Positions 39,640-52,231 of a stretch of 64,000 nucleotides of DNA are shown here, piece after piece; within the stretch, counting starts at the first letter, position 1, and each line of letters begins with the position of its first letter. The notes below the pieces were generated by a model, which did not search any database, had not been told where the DNA came from, and worked only from the letters and a program-made list of their open reading frames with translations. The DNA lies in the NCBI GenBank assembly GCA_050575255.1, contig JBNZDD010013720.1, forward strand, positions 7,262,303 to 7,326,302, in the 5' to 3' direction. The position numbers were made by a program, and so were the translations under genes. The DNA is from Harriotta raleighana (lineage: Eukaryota).

Positions 39640-40180
39640 TTAAATATGGATAAGCATGGTGCACAGTGGAATTGGAAATAGGAGCCTTTCCATGGATGGG
39701 ATGAAACTTCTCAAGGGGAAGTTGAAAGAGACCTAGGGGTATTAGTTGACTCGTCACCATACCCAAATAGTGTAAAGCAACAGGAAACAAGACAAACTGG
39801 ATTTTGCATTGCCGAATCAGTGAGTTCAAATCACTAGAAGTGTTGCCACAGCTTTACAGTGAGGCTTGTGTGGAGCATATGTTGCAGTTCTAGTCACTAC
39901 AAAATCAGGGAGCTTCTCAGGCAAAGCAGAGATGAGCAATGAAGTGGATCCTGATTGTTAGAGAGATGCTATTAGGAATGATTGGCTAAATTGGGCCATT
40001 TCAGCCATGAAAAAGATTTCTCACAGGGGATAAATAAAATAGCAGGATATTATTCCAGAGATGTATATGTAGACACATGTTGTTATCCGAGGAGTTTATG
40101 ATTCTTGAGGACAACTATGATTAAAACTACTATTTTAGTAGTATTCAAAAGAAGCATCCTTAGGTAAGTATGTCAAAGGA
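39640..40180 (+). mobile_element. Decayed CR1 LINE fragment
   Basis: GAAAGAGACCTAGGGGTATTAGTTGAC (ERDLGVLVD); CR1 tails on minus at about 39445-39600. Confidence 0.65.
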
Positions 40181-40709
40181 AATCAACCATAGGTCCAAGA
40201 TCTTGGATAAAAGACAAGAACTCCTAGATTGTTATTGATTATGACAAACTAAGTATGCAAGATCTGAAAGTTGAGAGAATGGTTAGCTTCCCAAGGTTTA
40301 CTTCAGGGTTTGTTTGTCAGTTACTCTTTAGAACTAAGATTAGATCAGAGTTTTTAAGCAGCCAGTGTATTCTTTTATAAATGGATGCTTTGACCTGATT
40401 TGTTGTAGGATTTGTAAATTCACAATAAAATAATGAATTTAGCTAAAGTTTATGAGTTGGATGAATTTGGAATATAAGATTCCTTAATTAGGAATCTGAA
40501 TTGCAGAAATCGGTACATCTTCAGGTAACTCGAAGTACATCACAGCCACTCAATGTGATCTACTTCTAGAGTTAAGTCATGTCAATTCTAAAGGAATTAA
40601 GGATTTAGACAGATTTAAACAATGGCTCTTTCAAAACATTCAGTCTGCTAACTGTGAAATGAACTAACAGTGAAATTTCAGTAGTTTGTTGCAAAAATGT
40701 ATGTTGGTT

Positions 40710-41322
40710 CAGGCTGCTGAAACCTTTATACACGTGTTTGCCAACTCAAGACTTGACAAGGGCAATTCCCTCCTTGTCAGCCTCAAGAACTCTTCCCTCT
40801 ACAAGCTACCGATCATTCAAAATTCTACAGCTCGTGTTCTTTCTCGCATCCTTGAGCACATCATCTCCACCCCCTCCTGGTTCTAATCGCTCCCCATCCC
40901 TCAAACAATCGAATTCAAGATCTTCATTTTCATTTTAAAAGCCCTCCAGGGCATTGCCTCCTTCTTCCTCTCTGACCTGCTGACCCCCTCTCAACCTGTC
41001 TTCTCCCTCCATTCAGCAGGCTCCAGTCTGCTCCATGTGTCTCGCCCGACTCGCCCTACCAATAGTGGCTGGGCTTTTAGCCTCTCTGCACCCACACTTT
41101 GGAACTCTATCCCACAATCTCTTTGCCTTGCTCCCTCCCTTGCCTTCTTCAAGACCTGCCTTTTCAACCATGCCTTCAGTCGCCCTCCTACCTCTCTGCC
41201 CTCGCTCATCCCAACCCTGCCATCCCCCTCCCCCATGCTCAGGGCCTGATCCCTGGCTGTTCAGCGCCAACATCCTCCTGACATGAAACGCGCTCTACAA
41301 ATATAATTTTGTTGTTGTTGTT
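40710..41322 (+). mobile_element. L2 LINE 3' fragment
   Basis: AAETFIHVFANSRLDKGNSLL...IQNSTARVL; AFSLSAPTLWNSIPQSL; (TTG)n tail. Confidence 0.92.
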
Positions 41323-41528
41323 CTATTTGTACTAAATTTGCAAACAATGTTTTTTCAAATTTCATTTATCTAGTAGTTTCGTTTTAAAATAAAGAGATAA
41401 AATAAAGAGAATTTTACAGTTATTATAACAAGTGCCATTTTATAGCCACTTCATATGATTAAAGCCAGTATTACAAAAGGAATATTCTCGAAGATTAGTA
41501 AAACAATATGGGACAGATTGGGCTGTAT

Positions 41529-41677
41529 TTTGTGTAAATAAAAAACACATCCTTCATTTACAATGATGAGCAGGAAGTGGCTACTCCCTGAAACAAGCTT
41601 TATTTACAAAATAAAGCAGGGAGTAGGTACTTCCTGCTCATCATTGTAAATGAAGGAAGTGTTTTTTTTTACACAAA
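41529..41677. repeat. Long near-perfect inverted repeat (about 60-bp arms)
   Basis: 41529-41590 is the reverse complement of 41617-41677 with about 3 mismatches and 1 indel; inner mini-stem GCTTTATTT/AAATAAAGC. Confidence 0.95.
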
Positions 41678-42024
41678 TTTCTTTAGATTATTGTCACTTT
41701 TTGTGGGAAATAATAATTTTTTTAAAATTATGGCTGCTGTGCTCAATTGGCTGCTGTGTCTGTCTCTCAAAATACAGTCAAACCATTTTATAATACATCC
41801 TGTGAAACTCTTTGAGCCATCTCAACGATGTGATAACGCGCTAAATCAATGCAAGGATTATTATTATTTGTGTCATTTGCTTTAACTTGTCCTTGCTGAT
41901 CTAGGCAGGAAATGCTGATAACTGCTGGGGTTTGTAAACAAATGCTATTTTGCCTTTGTTGTAAGGAGCTCTCTGAAAGAGCTTGGTTCCTTTGAGGTTT
42001 CATTCATGTCCTGCACAACTGCAC

Positions 42025-42280
42025 AAAACAAATACAACAACAAAATTACACTTGTTTAGCGCCTTTCACGTCGGGAGGACGTCCCAAAGCGCTGAACAGT
42101 CAGGTCGGAACCCAAGCAGGGGGGTAAGAGTTGGGGGTAGGGGGAGGAGGAAGGAAAGTGGGAGAGGGGAAAGAGTCAGGGGGGGAGCTGAATGCGCAGT
42201 CGAAGAGGAAGGTCTTGAGACCGGCCTTGAAGGAGGAAAGGGAGGAAGCAAGGAAGAGGGATTGCGGGAAGGAGTTCCAT
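42025..42280 (-). mobile_element. Young L2 LINE 3' end
   Basis: LWNSFPQSLFLASSLSSFKAGLKTFLFDCAF; (CAA)n tail on plus. Confidence 0.92.
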
Positions 42281-43659
42281 AGTGTGCTTCCATAGTACAA
42301 GACATTAGATAAAGGTAAAACAGATACAATTTGTTTCTTGCAAGATTAAAAACATTCCAAGCAGAATTTCACTTGAAGGCAGAGTAGTACAAATGTTAAG
42401 TATCCATCAAAATGCAAGTAATACAACAACATTAAGAGTTTCATGCTCTACAATATTAGTTACTACAAATATATGTTTCATGCTGGCAAAGCTTAGCAAT
42501 AATATATATATTCCCATGATGCCTTATTCTTTTGCCAAGAATAACTCACCCATGATGCTTTCATAATTTATGAATTAAATTAGAGGGAACAAATACAAGT
42601 ATTTTTAACCATTGTATATGATAGACTTATAATTTCTTTATATTTGTAAAATACTCTCTGCAGTTTCAGTGGGAGCAGCATTAGATGACTGTCTAAAATG
42701 TTGGTCAATGAGTTATTCTAAATTTGCTGGCAGCTGTTCCAGGGTTTTCAGTGTGCACAAAATAGCAAAACAAATTCTATGAGATTCGTGTTGTGTTATT
42801 ACTGTACTGTACTTTATTTCCAAAAGGCAACAACTACCTTTGTGCAATAAAAAAATCAGTTTGTATGGATTTGTAATTTTTATCAATCTGCAAGCAATTT
42901 AAATTTTGTGATTGAAATAAAAATGAAAGTGCAGTTATTACAAATCGTTATTGCAAGTTACGCCTAAAAAATTTAAACAGTTGTATAACCATTCCTATCA
43001 TTAATTTTCTTGCATCATCTTGCATACAGTTGCTACTGTCATTGTTGTATATTAGTTGTGTTTGTTTGATCAGATTTTGAGTCAAATTCAGGATGCCTCT
43101 AAATAAACCACATTTGGGGATTTGCAATATGATGGTAGAGGAGGAAATCAATCAGGGTCAGGGATGGGATATGTGGTAGAAAGGACAGCTGGGAATCGAA
43201 ATTTTGAAAGATGTACTGAAGCTGTATATAACCGAGAGGTTGGATTCGATCTCCAGCTGTCCTTCCCAACTCATATCCCATCCCTGACATGACTGATTTC
43301 CTCCACCTTCAAAACTTCAATGCCTGTATACTCAAGTTGTCTAAATTATGTACCCCCATGTCGCCAGTCCTCGCCAGTCTCCACTGGATCCCACCACAGA
43401 ATTGATTCACATCAAGACCCTCCACTCATCTAAAATCCCTTCCCCCACCTCTAGTGTAAAGGATGATCTATAAGTGCAAGTTGTTGCATAAAGCTATTCT
43501 TTGATTCAAGAAGTGCTCTTTCTCACAGAAGATCTCACAAGATGCATTCAAGAGGAGCTACACCTTCACATGAGGGAGAGTGGGTTTAGTTTTCAATTGC
43601 ATTAAAAAATGTTATGCTATTTTATGAGATTCCACTCTGAATCATCTCTTAAAACTAAA

Positions 43660-43935
43660 GAGACCAGTTGGTCTAATCTTTGCTCCACCATCAGCAGCCA
43701 TGCCATCAGCCATTATGCCCCGAGGCTCGGGAACTCCCTTCCTCACACCCTTCACCTCGCCCCCTCTCTTCCTACTTTTAGGAATCAGCCAAAAACCTTT
43801 CTTTTCGACCGCGCTTTCGGTCACCTTCAACCCCCTCTTGCTGGCTCGGCCCCAGAATCCTGGGAAGCGCTCTGAGACATTGTGCGGGGTGGAGGGCCCT
43901 ATATAAATCCAAGTTGTTGTTTTGTTGTTGTGGTT
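43660..43935 (+). mobile_element. L2 LINE 3' end (second subfamily)
   Basis: AISHYAPRLGNSLPHTLHLAPSLPTFRNQPKTFLFDRAF; (TTG)n tail. Confidence 0.85.
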
Positions 43936-44064
43936 GCTCATAACTCAATTTCAATAAGTCCATGGGAATGAATACCAACTCCTCTACAAATCCTTTCATG
44001 TTTTAGCACTCCCTTCCTCTCCGACCTGGATTCTGTCCACTTCACTAACCGCCACCTCTGCTCT

Positions 44065-44510
44065 GCAGAACACAAAAGGAAGCCATTCAGCCCATCGGCT
44101 CTTTAAAAAGAGCAATTTAATCCCACTCCCCAGCTCTATCCCCATAACCTCGCAAACCCATCCTCCCCAAATAAATGCCTACCTCTCTTTTAAAAGTTGT
44201 TATCGAATCGATATCACCTTTTCAGGCAATAAATTCCAGATTCAAACAACTCGCTGAGTGAAAATATTTCTCTTCACCTTCCCTCTGCTTCTTTTTGAAA
44301 CTATTTTAAATCTGTGACCATGAGTCACTGATATTTCCACCAGTGGAAACAGTTTTTCCCTTTCTACTCTGTCGAATCCCCTCATGATCTTAAAAACCTC
44401 TATTAGGTCTCCTCACAACCTTCTCTATTCCAATGAGAATAAACCTAGCCTCTTTAGCTGAAGTCCCTCATAGCTGAAGTCCCTCATTCCTGGTACCATC
44501 CTAGTAAATC
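44065..44510 (-). mobile_element. CR1 LINE 3' fragment
   Basis: Reverse complement matches 51040-51420 and 56830-57220 (RLxGDLIEVFKIM region and tail). Confidence 0.85.
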
Positions 44511-44511
44511 T

Positions 44512-44881
44512 TTAGGCGAACTAGGTGGTCGCCTAGGGGGACAAAATTTGGGGGGCGGTGGCCCTGGTTACAGAGCACATACGGTTTGCAGCGTGTGGCG
44601 AAAATTACTGCTGTCATCCGCTGGCATATAGTGACGGAGGTGTGGGAGTCAGCAGTAAGTTAAACAAGCAATACACACACACACACGTTTTAAGCGCACT
44701 GCATACACATATGCAGGATGGTGTGATTTTAAATGAACTACACAAACATAAACGCAGTGAACAAGCAGTGAACAAGCAATGAACAGCAGTAAATAGTATT
44801 AACATTAGCTTATCAAAAGTTACTAGGGTGTACACATCTGAAAGTTGGCCTAGGGCACCAAATAACCATGTGCCATTCCTG
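44512..44881. mobile_element. hAT (Tip100-like) non-autonomous element, left end truncated
   Basis: TAGGCGAACTAGGTGGTCGCCTAGGGG near the left end and TTGGCCTAGGGCACCAAATAACCATGTGCCATTCCTG at the right end resemble recalled vertebrate hAT-Tip100 MITE termini. Confidence 0.5.
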
Positions 44882-44887
44882 GGTAGA

Positions 44888-45248
44888 AAACAATACAATT
44901 TGCATTTGTATAGTATCTTTCATGACAGGAAGATATCTTGAAGTACTTCAAAAAGCTGGGTGGACACTTAACCTGAAGGTGGGAGTTGAAAGGGTTAAGA
45001 TGCCCGAAAACGTAATCAAAGAGGTTAATTTTGAGACGTGCCTTTATTGACTAGAGGAGGAGGGCAACAGCAAGTTGGAGGAACTCTTGGTTGGAGTTCC
45101 AGAGAGCAGGGGCGGAATATCTGAAAGCCTATCTGCTGATTATGGGGCAGATACAGCGAGGGACATGAAGCAGGCCAGTGTTTGCTGAACGAAGGTTGGA
45201 AAAGTAGGGTGGGGCGAGGTCCTGGAGATTGAGAGGTCGAGATCTTGT
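44888..45248 (-). mobile_element. Old L2 3' fragment
   Basis: Tail AATTTGCATTTGTATAG...; GGAGTTCCAGAGAGCAGGGGC (LWNS on minus). Confidence 0.65.
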
Positions 45249-45249
45249 A

Positions 45250-45570
45250 GAGTCCTGTAGCTCAGTGGTAATGGCATTTACCTCTTAAGTGAGACCTGGG
45301 TTTGATTCCCGGTAGGACAACACACCTTGAGCGTGTTTCCTTACTCACATGCCTAATAATAATCCCTCAAGAAATAAAAACAATAATAAATTGGTCACTT
45401 CAATCCACGACTGTTTGTGGGGACACTGCTGTGCGCAATTAGCTGCCGCGTTTCACCTACAAATGTACAGTCAATTCATTTTACATTATAATCTGTGAAG
45501 CTCTTTAAAACATTTAGAAGACTTGAAAAACACTACAGTATATCAAATGCAAGGATTATTATTATTATTA
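45250..45570 (+). mobile_element. SINE family A, full length
   Basis: GAGTCCTGTAGCTCAGTGG (A box), GGGTTTGATTCCC (B box), body, (ATT)n tail. Confidence 0.9.
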
Positions 45571-45624
45571 TCTTGTGAGATGTGAGAATGAAAATCTTGG
45601 AGTTGGGGCATGGGGAGCCAATGG

Positions 45625-45930
45625 ATTCAAACAAATAAGATGTTGAATAGGGTAGAGAAAGTAAGGGTAAAACAATGCTTTCAGATACATTAAGGCAGCA
45701 GGACAAGGTTCAATACTCTTGAACCTTGAGGAAAGACAATTTCAGTACAGATATCACAAAGCATTTTTTTACACAGAGCCTAATCGACAGCTGAAACAAG
45801 TAACCAGGAAAGGTGGTTGAAGCCAGTAAGATTAAACTGAATCTATTTAAGAAGCGGTTTGATCCTATAATGGGACTGTGGAAAAATTTGTATTTGAGAA
45901 GTAACTTGCCTGTCAATCTTGTGAATTATA
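45625..45930 (+). mobile_element. Decayed CR1 3' fragment
   Basis: AAGCATTTTTTTACACAGAGCCTAATCGACAGCTGAAACAAG... resembles the CR1 FFTQRV..WN region. Confidence 0.55.
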
Positions 45931-47451
45931 CCTAAATACAATAATTGCACTTGACAATAATTACCTGTGAAATACTTAACAATGTTTTGACACAATATAA
46001 AGCTATAACTAGTTCATTCTTATGCTTTCTAATCTAGGAAGCTGTCTCTCAGATTCATTCGTTTCCTGATTCAGAATGTCCCTCTTTCTAAAATCTCACT
46101 GTTCCCCAGTTCACCTCCCCACACAATGTGATTTTGATTGTTATTTTTTTCCATACCAAATTATCTCAAGGATTATCTGACATTTCAAGATTAATTTTTG
46201 TTGCTGTATCAGATTCTTAAAGTATGATATGCGATTAGTAAATGAGCCTGTCAGATCATTCAGTCCAAAGAGATCTCTAGTAAGGACTGGCCTTGAGGTT
46301 AAGGTAATGGACCACATGTTGAGAAACACAGAGGTTGATAGACAAAACTGGTCATCGCAAAATTAGTTCAAATGAAGAGGCCCTTAGGCTCTTCTGTTCT
46401 CATCTTTCCTGAAAGCTCACTCTACCATTCTCCCATCGTGGTATCAGGCTGTTTTCTTCAATGTCTAGGTTGCTGGTCTCATCACAATTACATCATACAG
46501 AACTGAGAGAAAAGAGTACTATTCCATTTAGCTTCTGATGTCTTTAAGATAATTTCAGTATTAGGGAACTCTTAACTGTGTATTTTGCACGTAAGTATCA
46601 ACCACCCATGAACCAGAGCTATATATTGTATTGAAAGGGTTCTTTATTTCACCTTTATTCCATTTCCACGTTTGTGATTATGCGTCGCTACTTATTTCTC
46701 ATGTACATTCATTCTTGACCTCATGTTATATCCATTAATTTAATGATGCTCTCAGACCTAGTTTCAGGAAAGAAAACGGTCTTTGAGGCATGAAATCAGC
46801 TATCAGGCTTACTAACCATCAATGATTTGTGTTACCAGTTTTCAAGGTGACATTTTGTTTTTGCTTCTATGATATTGTAGAATGGTGGGTCTAATTGCTG
46901 TCTTTTTGCACCAGGCACTTACTTCTGAACAGTTGTGACCATTATTGTTTCTGCATGATTCCCTTTGCTGATCGCACTCTTTACACTGGTATGCTGTTGG
47001 TGTATTTAACATAGGTTTCATGCTGCACAGCAAATACACAGCATTGTTACAAGGTGTCTGTGGTTTAACTCAAAAGCTGGTCAAGCATACTCATACATTA
47101 ACAATACTATTAGTAAACATAAGAAACAGTAATAACAGGAAGGTTTGTACAAGCACTTCTATACTTCCAGGGTTTTTATGTATTTTAATTTAAATATACA
47201 GAAACATTGTGTGTAGAAGAAAGAATGAAAACTTCTTTGAAACCTAGGCATTCGCATAGTTTGGTAACAACAACAACAAAATTATATTTATACAGCGTCT
47301 TTCACGTCAGGAGGTAATTAGAGACCCTTCTTAACGTTCAGATCAGATCATTCCCCCCAGAAACAACAGTTTGCCTTTCTGTTTGCCAAGTACAGAACCT
47401 CTGAGAGTAGGTATCACACATACGGTATACAAATGCAAGAAAGAGCTCATA

Positions 47452-47600
47452 CGAACATAAGAAGTAAGAAAATAAGAAGTAGAAGCAGGAGTTGGCTATT
47501 CGGCTCCTCATGCCTGCCTGACCATTTAATAAGATCATGGCTGATTTTTTATCCTAATTCCATTTCCCCACCCTGTCACCATATCCCCATATCCCCGAGC
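47452..47600 (-). mobile_element. CR1 3' terminus (different subfamily)
   Basis: GAACATAAGAA...AGAAGCAGGAGTTGGCTATTCGGCTCCTCATGCCTGC...AATAAGATCATGGCTGAT, a tail recalled from shark CR1 elements. Confidence 0.7.
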
Positions 47601-47699
47601 TCCTCCCTCAGTGGTTCAATTGATAAATTTGCCATGTGTTTTGATACTAAGCAATTCAGATTGACAATGACACAGATTTGGGTCGGTGACCAAGTGAAA

Positions 47700-47937
47700 G
47701 ACCTAGGTAAGTTTCACAGGACGAAACCTCGGGCAAGTTTCCTTACATTACACGCCTGATAATAATACCTTGGTCATTTTCAATCCACGACTGTTTATGG
47801 GACACTGCTGTGTGCAATTGGCTGCCGTGAATGCCAACCAAATAGACAGTCAATTTACTTTAGAGTATATTCTGTAAAGCCCTTTGAGACGTTTGTGAAA
47901 AGTGCTATATCAAATGCAAAGTTTAGTATTATTATTC
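47700..47937 (+). mobile_element. SINE family A
   Basis: GGCAAGTTTCCTTACATTACACGCCTGATAATAAT...CCACGACTGTTTATGGGACACTGC; tail. Confidence 0.8.
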
Positions 47938-48800
47938 TAATTGTTCCCAGCTCACCAGAAGAGTTCACCATCCTTAGCCGGGATGATTGATAGGTACTAC
48001 AAGGTGAGGAAAAATGAAGACAACTGAAGAGGCTTGCCATTTCAGATTAATATCCAGAGACCACTGGTGCAAAGTGTGCATAAGTGGGGATGAGATCAGG
48101 TTTAAGAGTGAGGTGCTCCAGGGATACTCACTGTCCTGGTCAATACTTTAAAGAGGGCACTTGTGCCAAGTACTCAAATGCAGTATGTTCAGTGGAACCA
48201 AAGGCTGTCTTGAAGAGAATAAGGAAGGGAATGGAAAAATGATTGGGTAATTTCTCTACTAATAACAACAAAAAGGAAATATTGCCGATCTGCATTCAAA
48301 TAACTGTTAATAGAAGTAATGCATAAATAAATAAAAATGAAGGGACATCATGCTTTATAATCCCTGTCTTTCAAGCAGCTTGCTATAAAAAGCCAGGGAG
48401 GCTAAGCTACACTCTGTTATGGTTCTATTGACCAATTTAATGGAATCACAACAAATTTTGAAGCTTGCCTCAAAAGCAATTGTGAGAATAGACAGCATTT
48501 TGGCAAAACCTGCACTATACTCCAAAGCATTTTTGATAGATCAGCCAGCCTGGCTCATCAGCAGACCTGGAGGGGCAAACTAGTATTTTTCCCACTCTGT
48601 TTCAGTTACCACCACATGCCAAAGACGTAACCGATGATGGGTTTCCGCTTGTGTTAGATACTTAGCTAACCCGGGATCCGTTATTGTGAAGCACTCTGAG
48701 ATGCTGTCTGGCATGGAAGGCGCTATATAAATGGAAGCTGTTGTTAGCTGACTAAAATAAAGATGGAGCATCTTTTGCAAAACCAGATATTGTTATTACC

Positions 48801-49365
48801 GGAGTTCTGTAGCTCAGAGCACCCGTTACTCCACATGCCTGATAATAACCCCTTGAAAAAACAATAATAAATTGGTCATTTTCAATCCACGACTGTTTGT
48901 GGGACACTGTTGTGTACAATTGGCTGCTGCGCTTTACCCACAAATATACTGTCATTCACTTTACAATATATTCTGTGGTGTTTTCTAATAATAATCCTTG
49001 CCTTTTGACATAGCGCTTTTCACGTCTTATCAACGTCTCAAAGTGCTTCACAGAATATACTGTAAAGTGAATTGACTGTATATTTTGTGGGCGAAACGCA
49101 GCAATTGCGCACAGCAGTGTCTCACGAACAGTCGTGGATTGAAATGACCAATTTTTATTATTGTGGATGTTTTTGGATGGATTACTATCAGGCGTGTGGA
49201 ATAGGGGAACTTGCCCAAGGTTTCACACTCATCTGCCTGGATTTGAACACAAGTCTCACGCTTCTAAGACGAGTGCTGTAACCAGGAGCTACAGGAGCTA
49301 CACAAACGTGGATGTTTGGAAGATGGGAAAAGCGCTATCTCAAATGTGTTATTATTATTATCATT
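48801..49365. mobile_element. Nested family-A SINEs: minus copy (about 48986-49295) inside a plus copy
   Basis: Plus copy runs 48801-48985 and its tail resumes at about 49310-49365; a near-complete minus copy lies between. Confidence 0.8.
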
Positions 49366-50616
49366 ACCTACACTGAAAAAGAAAGCTAGGTCAGAATAAA
49401 CTTTTGAAAATATGTAAAAAATGAAGCAGAAATCTTTTTAATAAAAGAGTCATCATCGTGTGGAACACATAACAAGCACAGGTGATGGAACAAGGAACTA
49501 CAAAGGATTTGAAAAAGAATCTGCATCTTAAAACTTCCAAGGTTATTAGCTGATGAGACAGATGTATAAAATAAATCTTTTGAGAAGTTAGATGGGTAAA
49601 CCTGATGGTTGAATAATATACTCATGCAGTATATTAGTTACCAGATAATTGTTTGTGTGAATCAGCCCAACACTATCACAAAGTTATGTGAGAGGTGAAC
49701 TAAAAGTGCATTACATCTAGGAGTCCATTTACAGGCAGTTTTTTTAGCTATTGAGGTTAATTCCTCATTGATGTCCTTTTCTCCTGTTTTCAGTTTTTGC
49801 AGTTCAGTTACTACTTCTTCATTACTATTAAATTTCACCATCCCAAACTGCAAAAACCAAGGTTTTGAATAATGATATCCAGTGAATCATGACACATAAG
49901 CCACTACATTATCCAGTTATTTTATGGGTGTTTAGTTTGGCAGAATGTGAGATTCCAAGTTTGTAAGGAGTGTCCTCTACAATTTTGCCCGCAAAATATG
50001 TTTTTTGTTCAAACTGAAGTTGTTCTGTTTTGTTGCAAGTATATCTTTTTGAATGGGATTTGAATGTTAAAAAAACAGATATTGGATGGTTGGGCTAAAT
50101 GGGTGAATGATCATCATATCTGTTGCTAATGTATTTGTTGCTATTAATGCTGCACCCTACCAGACAAATAGAATTATGAGTAGAAGGGATTGTATAGTTA
50201 CGATTTCCTGTTCTCTACTGGCATAATTTCAAGGTGGCATCTTGGTGCAGGAACAAGCAGTGCTCCAATTTATTACTATTGTAATTGAACACTTGTTTTG
50301 CATGTTTGCAGCACCACTTGTACTGACAGATTGCTGGAGTGGAATGGTTAAATGAGTCATGCCACATCTAAAAAGTGATCTGCTGTAAGGTCACTCGATT
50401 ATATTCTCTGAGTCTGGAGTCCAAATCCATGCAGACTGATGGAGGTTGGGTTTTGTCTGAATGAATTCTGTTCAGGTCGTAAATGATTCCCGATTGGTAA
50501 TTGCAGCCCTAATTTGAAGGGAAGCAAACTCATAACAACCACGACTATTCAGTCCTGAATGCTTAATTTCCGTCTTCTTATCAAAGGGAAATAGAACTTA
50601 AAGAAATTCCACCACA

Positions 50617-51427
50617 GAATGGTGGAATGGGCTGACATGTAGCAGATGGATTTCAAAGTGGATAAGTGTGAGGTCATACACTTAGGTAGGAAAAATGATA
50701 GGAGGCAATATAGACTTGGTAGCTCAATCTTAAAGGGGGTGAACGTACAGAGAGATCTGGGTGTTCAAGCAAGCAAATCATTAAAAGTAGCAGGGCAGGT
50801 AGATAAGGCAGTAAAAAAGGCATTTGGTGTACTGAGCTTTATTAGTAGGGGCATAGAGTATAAGAGTAGGGAGGTTATGATTAATCTGTACAAAACACTG
50901 GTTAGGCCTCAGCTGGAGTACTGTCCAGTTCTTGGCACCTTACTATAGAAAGGACATTAAGACACTGGAAAGGGTGCAGAGGAGATTCACGAGAATGATA
51001 TCAGGAATGGGGAACCTTAGCAATGAGGACAGGCTGGAGAAGTTAGGACTTTTCCCATTAGAGCAGAGAAGATTACGCGGGGACCTGATAGAGGTCTTCA
51101 AGATCATGAAAGGTTTCGACAGGCTAGATAAGGGAAAAGCTGTTTCTGCTGGTAGGTGTGACTGTGACCCGAGGTCACAGTCTTAGGACATCTACCAAAA
51201 GAAGCAGAGGGGAGGTTAGAAGAATTTTTTTTACTTAGCGAGTTATTCGAATTTGGAATAATCTGCCTGAAAGGGTAGTGAGGTCCGATTCAATAACAGC
51301 TTTTAAGAGAGAACTGGATAGGTATCTGGGGAAGTCAGGTTTGCAAGGTTATGGGGAGAAAGCTGGTGATTTGGGTTAATGAAAATGACATTGCTCCTTC
51401 TGTGCTGTAACATTCTATGATTCTATG
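50617..51427 (+). mobile_element. CR1 LINE 3' ~0.8 kb, well preserved
   Basis: MDFKVDKCEVIHLGRKN...QRDLGV...LYKTLVRPQLEYC...LERVQRRFTRMI...RRLRGDLIEVFKIMKG; ends ATTCTATGATTCTATGA. Confidence 0.95.
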
Positions 51428-51929
51428 AAAGAGACCCCTCAGTGAATTGAAGGCTGTAACAGGATTATCACCCAATACCATCATCATTCAACATTTTGTT
51501 ATCCATTAAGTGGGAATATTTCTGTTCACTACATCTGAGCATAATCATATTTTACTTAAAAAGTCAGCTTCTGCACTGCGGCTAGTGTTAAAAATGTAAT
51601 GTGAGTGCAACAAGAATAAAAAAGCAAACACTGAGCATTCATATTTCATTGAGCCTCTGTAGGAGCATTGCAGTGATGCTATCAAACAGATCAAAGAGAA
51701 TCCTAGAAACATTGCACTGACAGCAGTTTGATGATGATTGTCCAAAGGCGATGTGTTCTGCAAGACAATCTTATAGAACAGCCTTCTGCCTCAAAGTATA
51801 CATATTTAGCATCAGAATGGCTGTTTGGAGACCTAACAGGTACTGTAATGAAACCACAGCAGCCTCAGCAAACCAAATTGTACAATTGAACTTCAGTCTA
51901 TGTTTTAAGTGAATCTGAAGAACAAAAGA

Positions 51930-52020
51930 GTCAGTGAAGGCACAAGTAACAAAACATTTATTTTCTCCATAGATGCTGCCTGACCTGCTGAATGTTTCCA
52001 GCAACTTCTGCTTTTATCCT
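51930..52020 (+). mobile_element. Penelope-like element terminal fragment
   Basis: TCTCCATAGATGCTGCCTGACCTGCTGAATGTTTCCAGCAACTTCTGCTTTTA, homologous to 52178-52231. Confidence 0.55.
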
Positions 52021-52124
52021 TTTACTTGAAATACAAATTGATACATAAATAATAATCTAATAATCTTTGCAATTGATGTGACACCTTATCATATTTCGAG
52101 ACTTCTCAAAGCACTTCATAGAAT

Positions 52125-52231
52125 GCCTGTGAGTTTTGACAAAAGGTCATTGACCTGAAACGTTAACTAATTTGTCTCTCTCCAGGGATGCAGCCTGACT
52201 TGCTACGATTCCCCAGTGACTTCTGTTTTTA
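52125..52231 (+). mobile_element. 107-bp Penelope-like insert with 9-bp TSD inside a family-A SINE
   Basis: TCATAGAAT at 52116-52124 and 52232-52240; host SINE (minus, about 52050-52265) continues on both sides. Confidence 0.65.

Noticed and set aside
46200-46335. MER5-like hAT end (GGACCACATGTTGAGAAACAC)
   Set aside because: No matching left TIR or TSD was found; too weak to call.
50646-51186. Two adjacent ORFs as exons
   Set aside because: They are CR1 ORF2 C-terminus split by a frameshift and end in the CR1 ATTCTATG tail.
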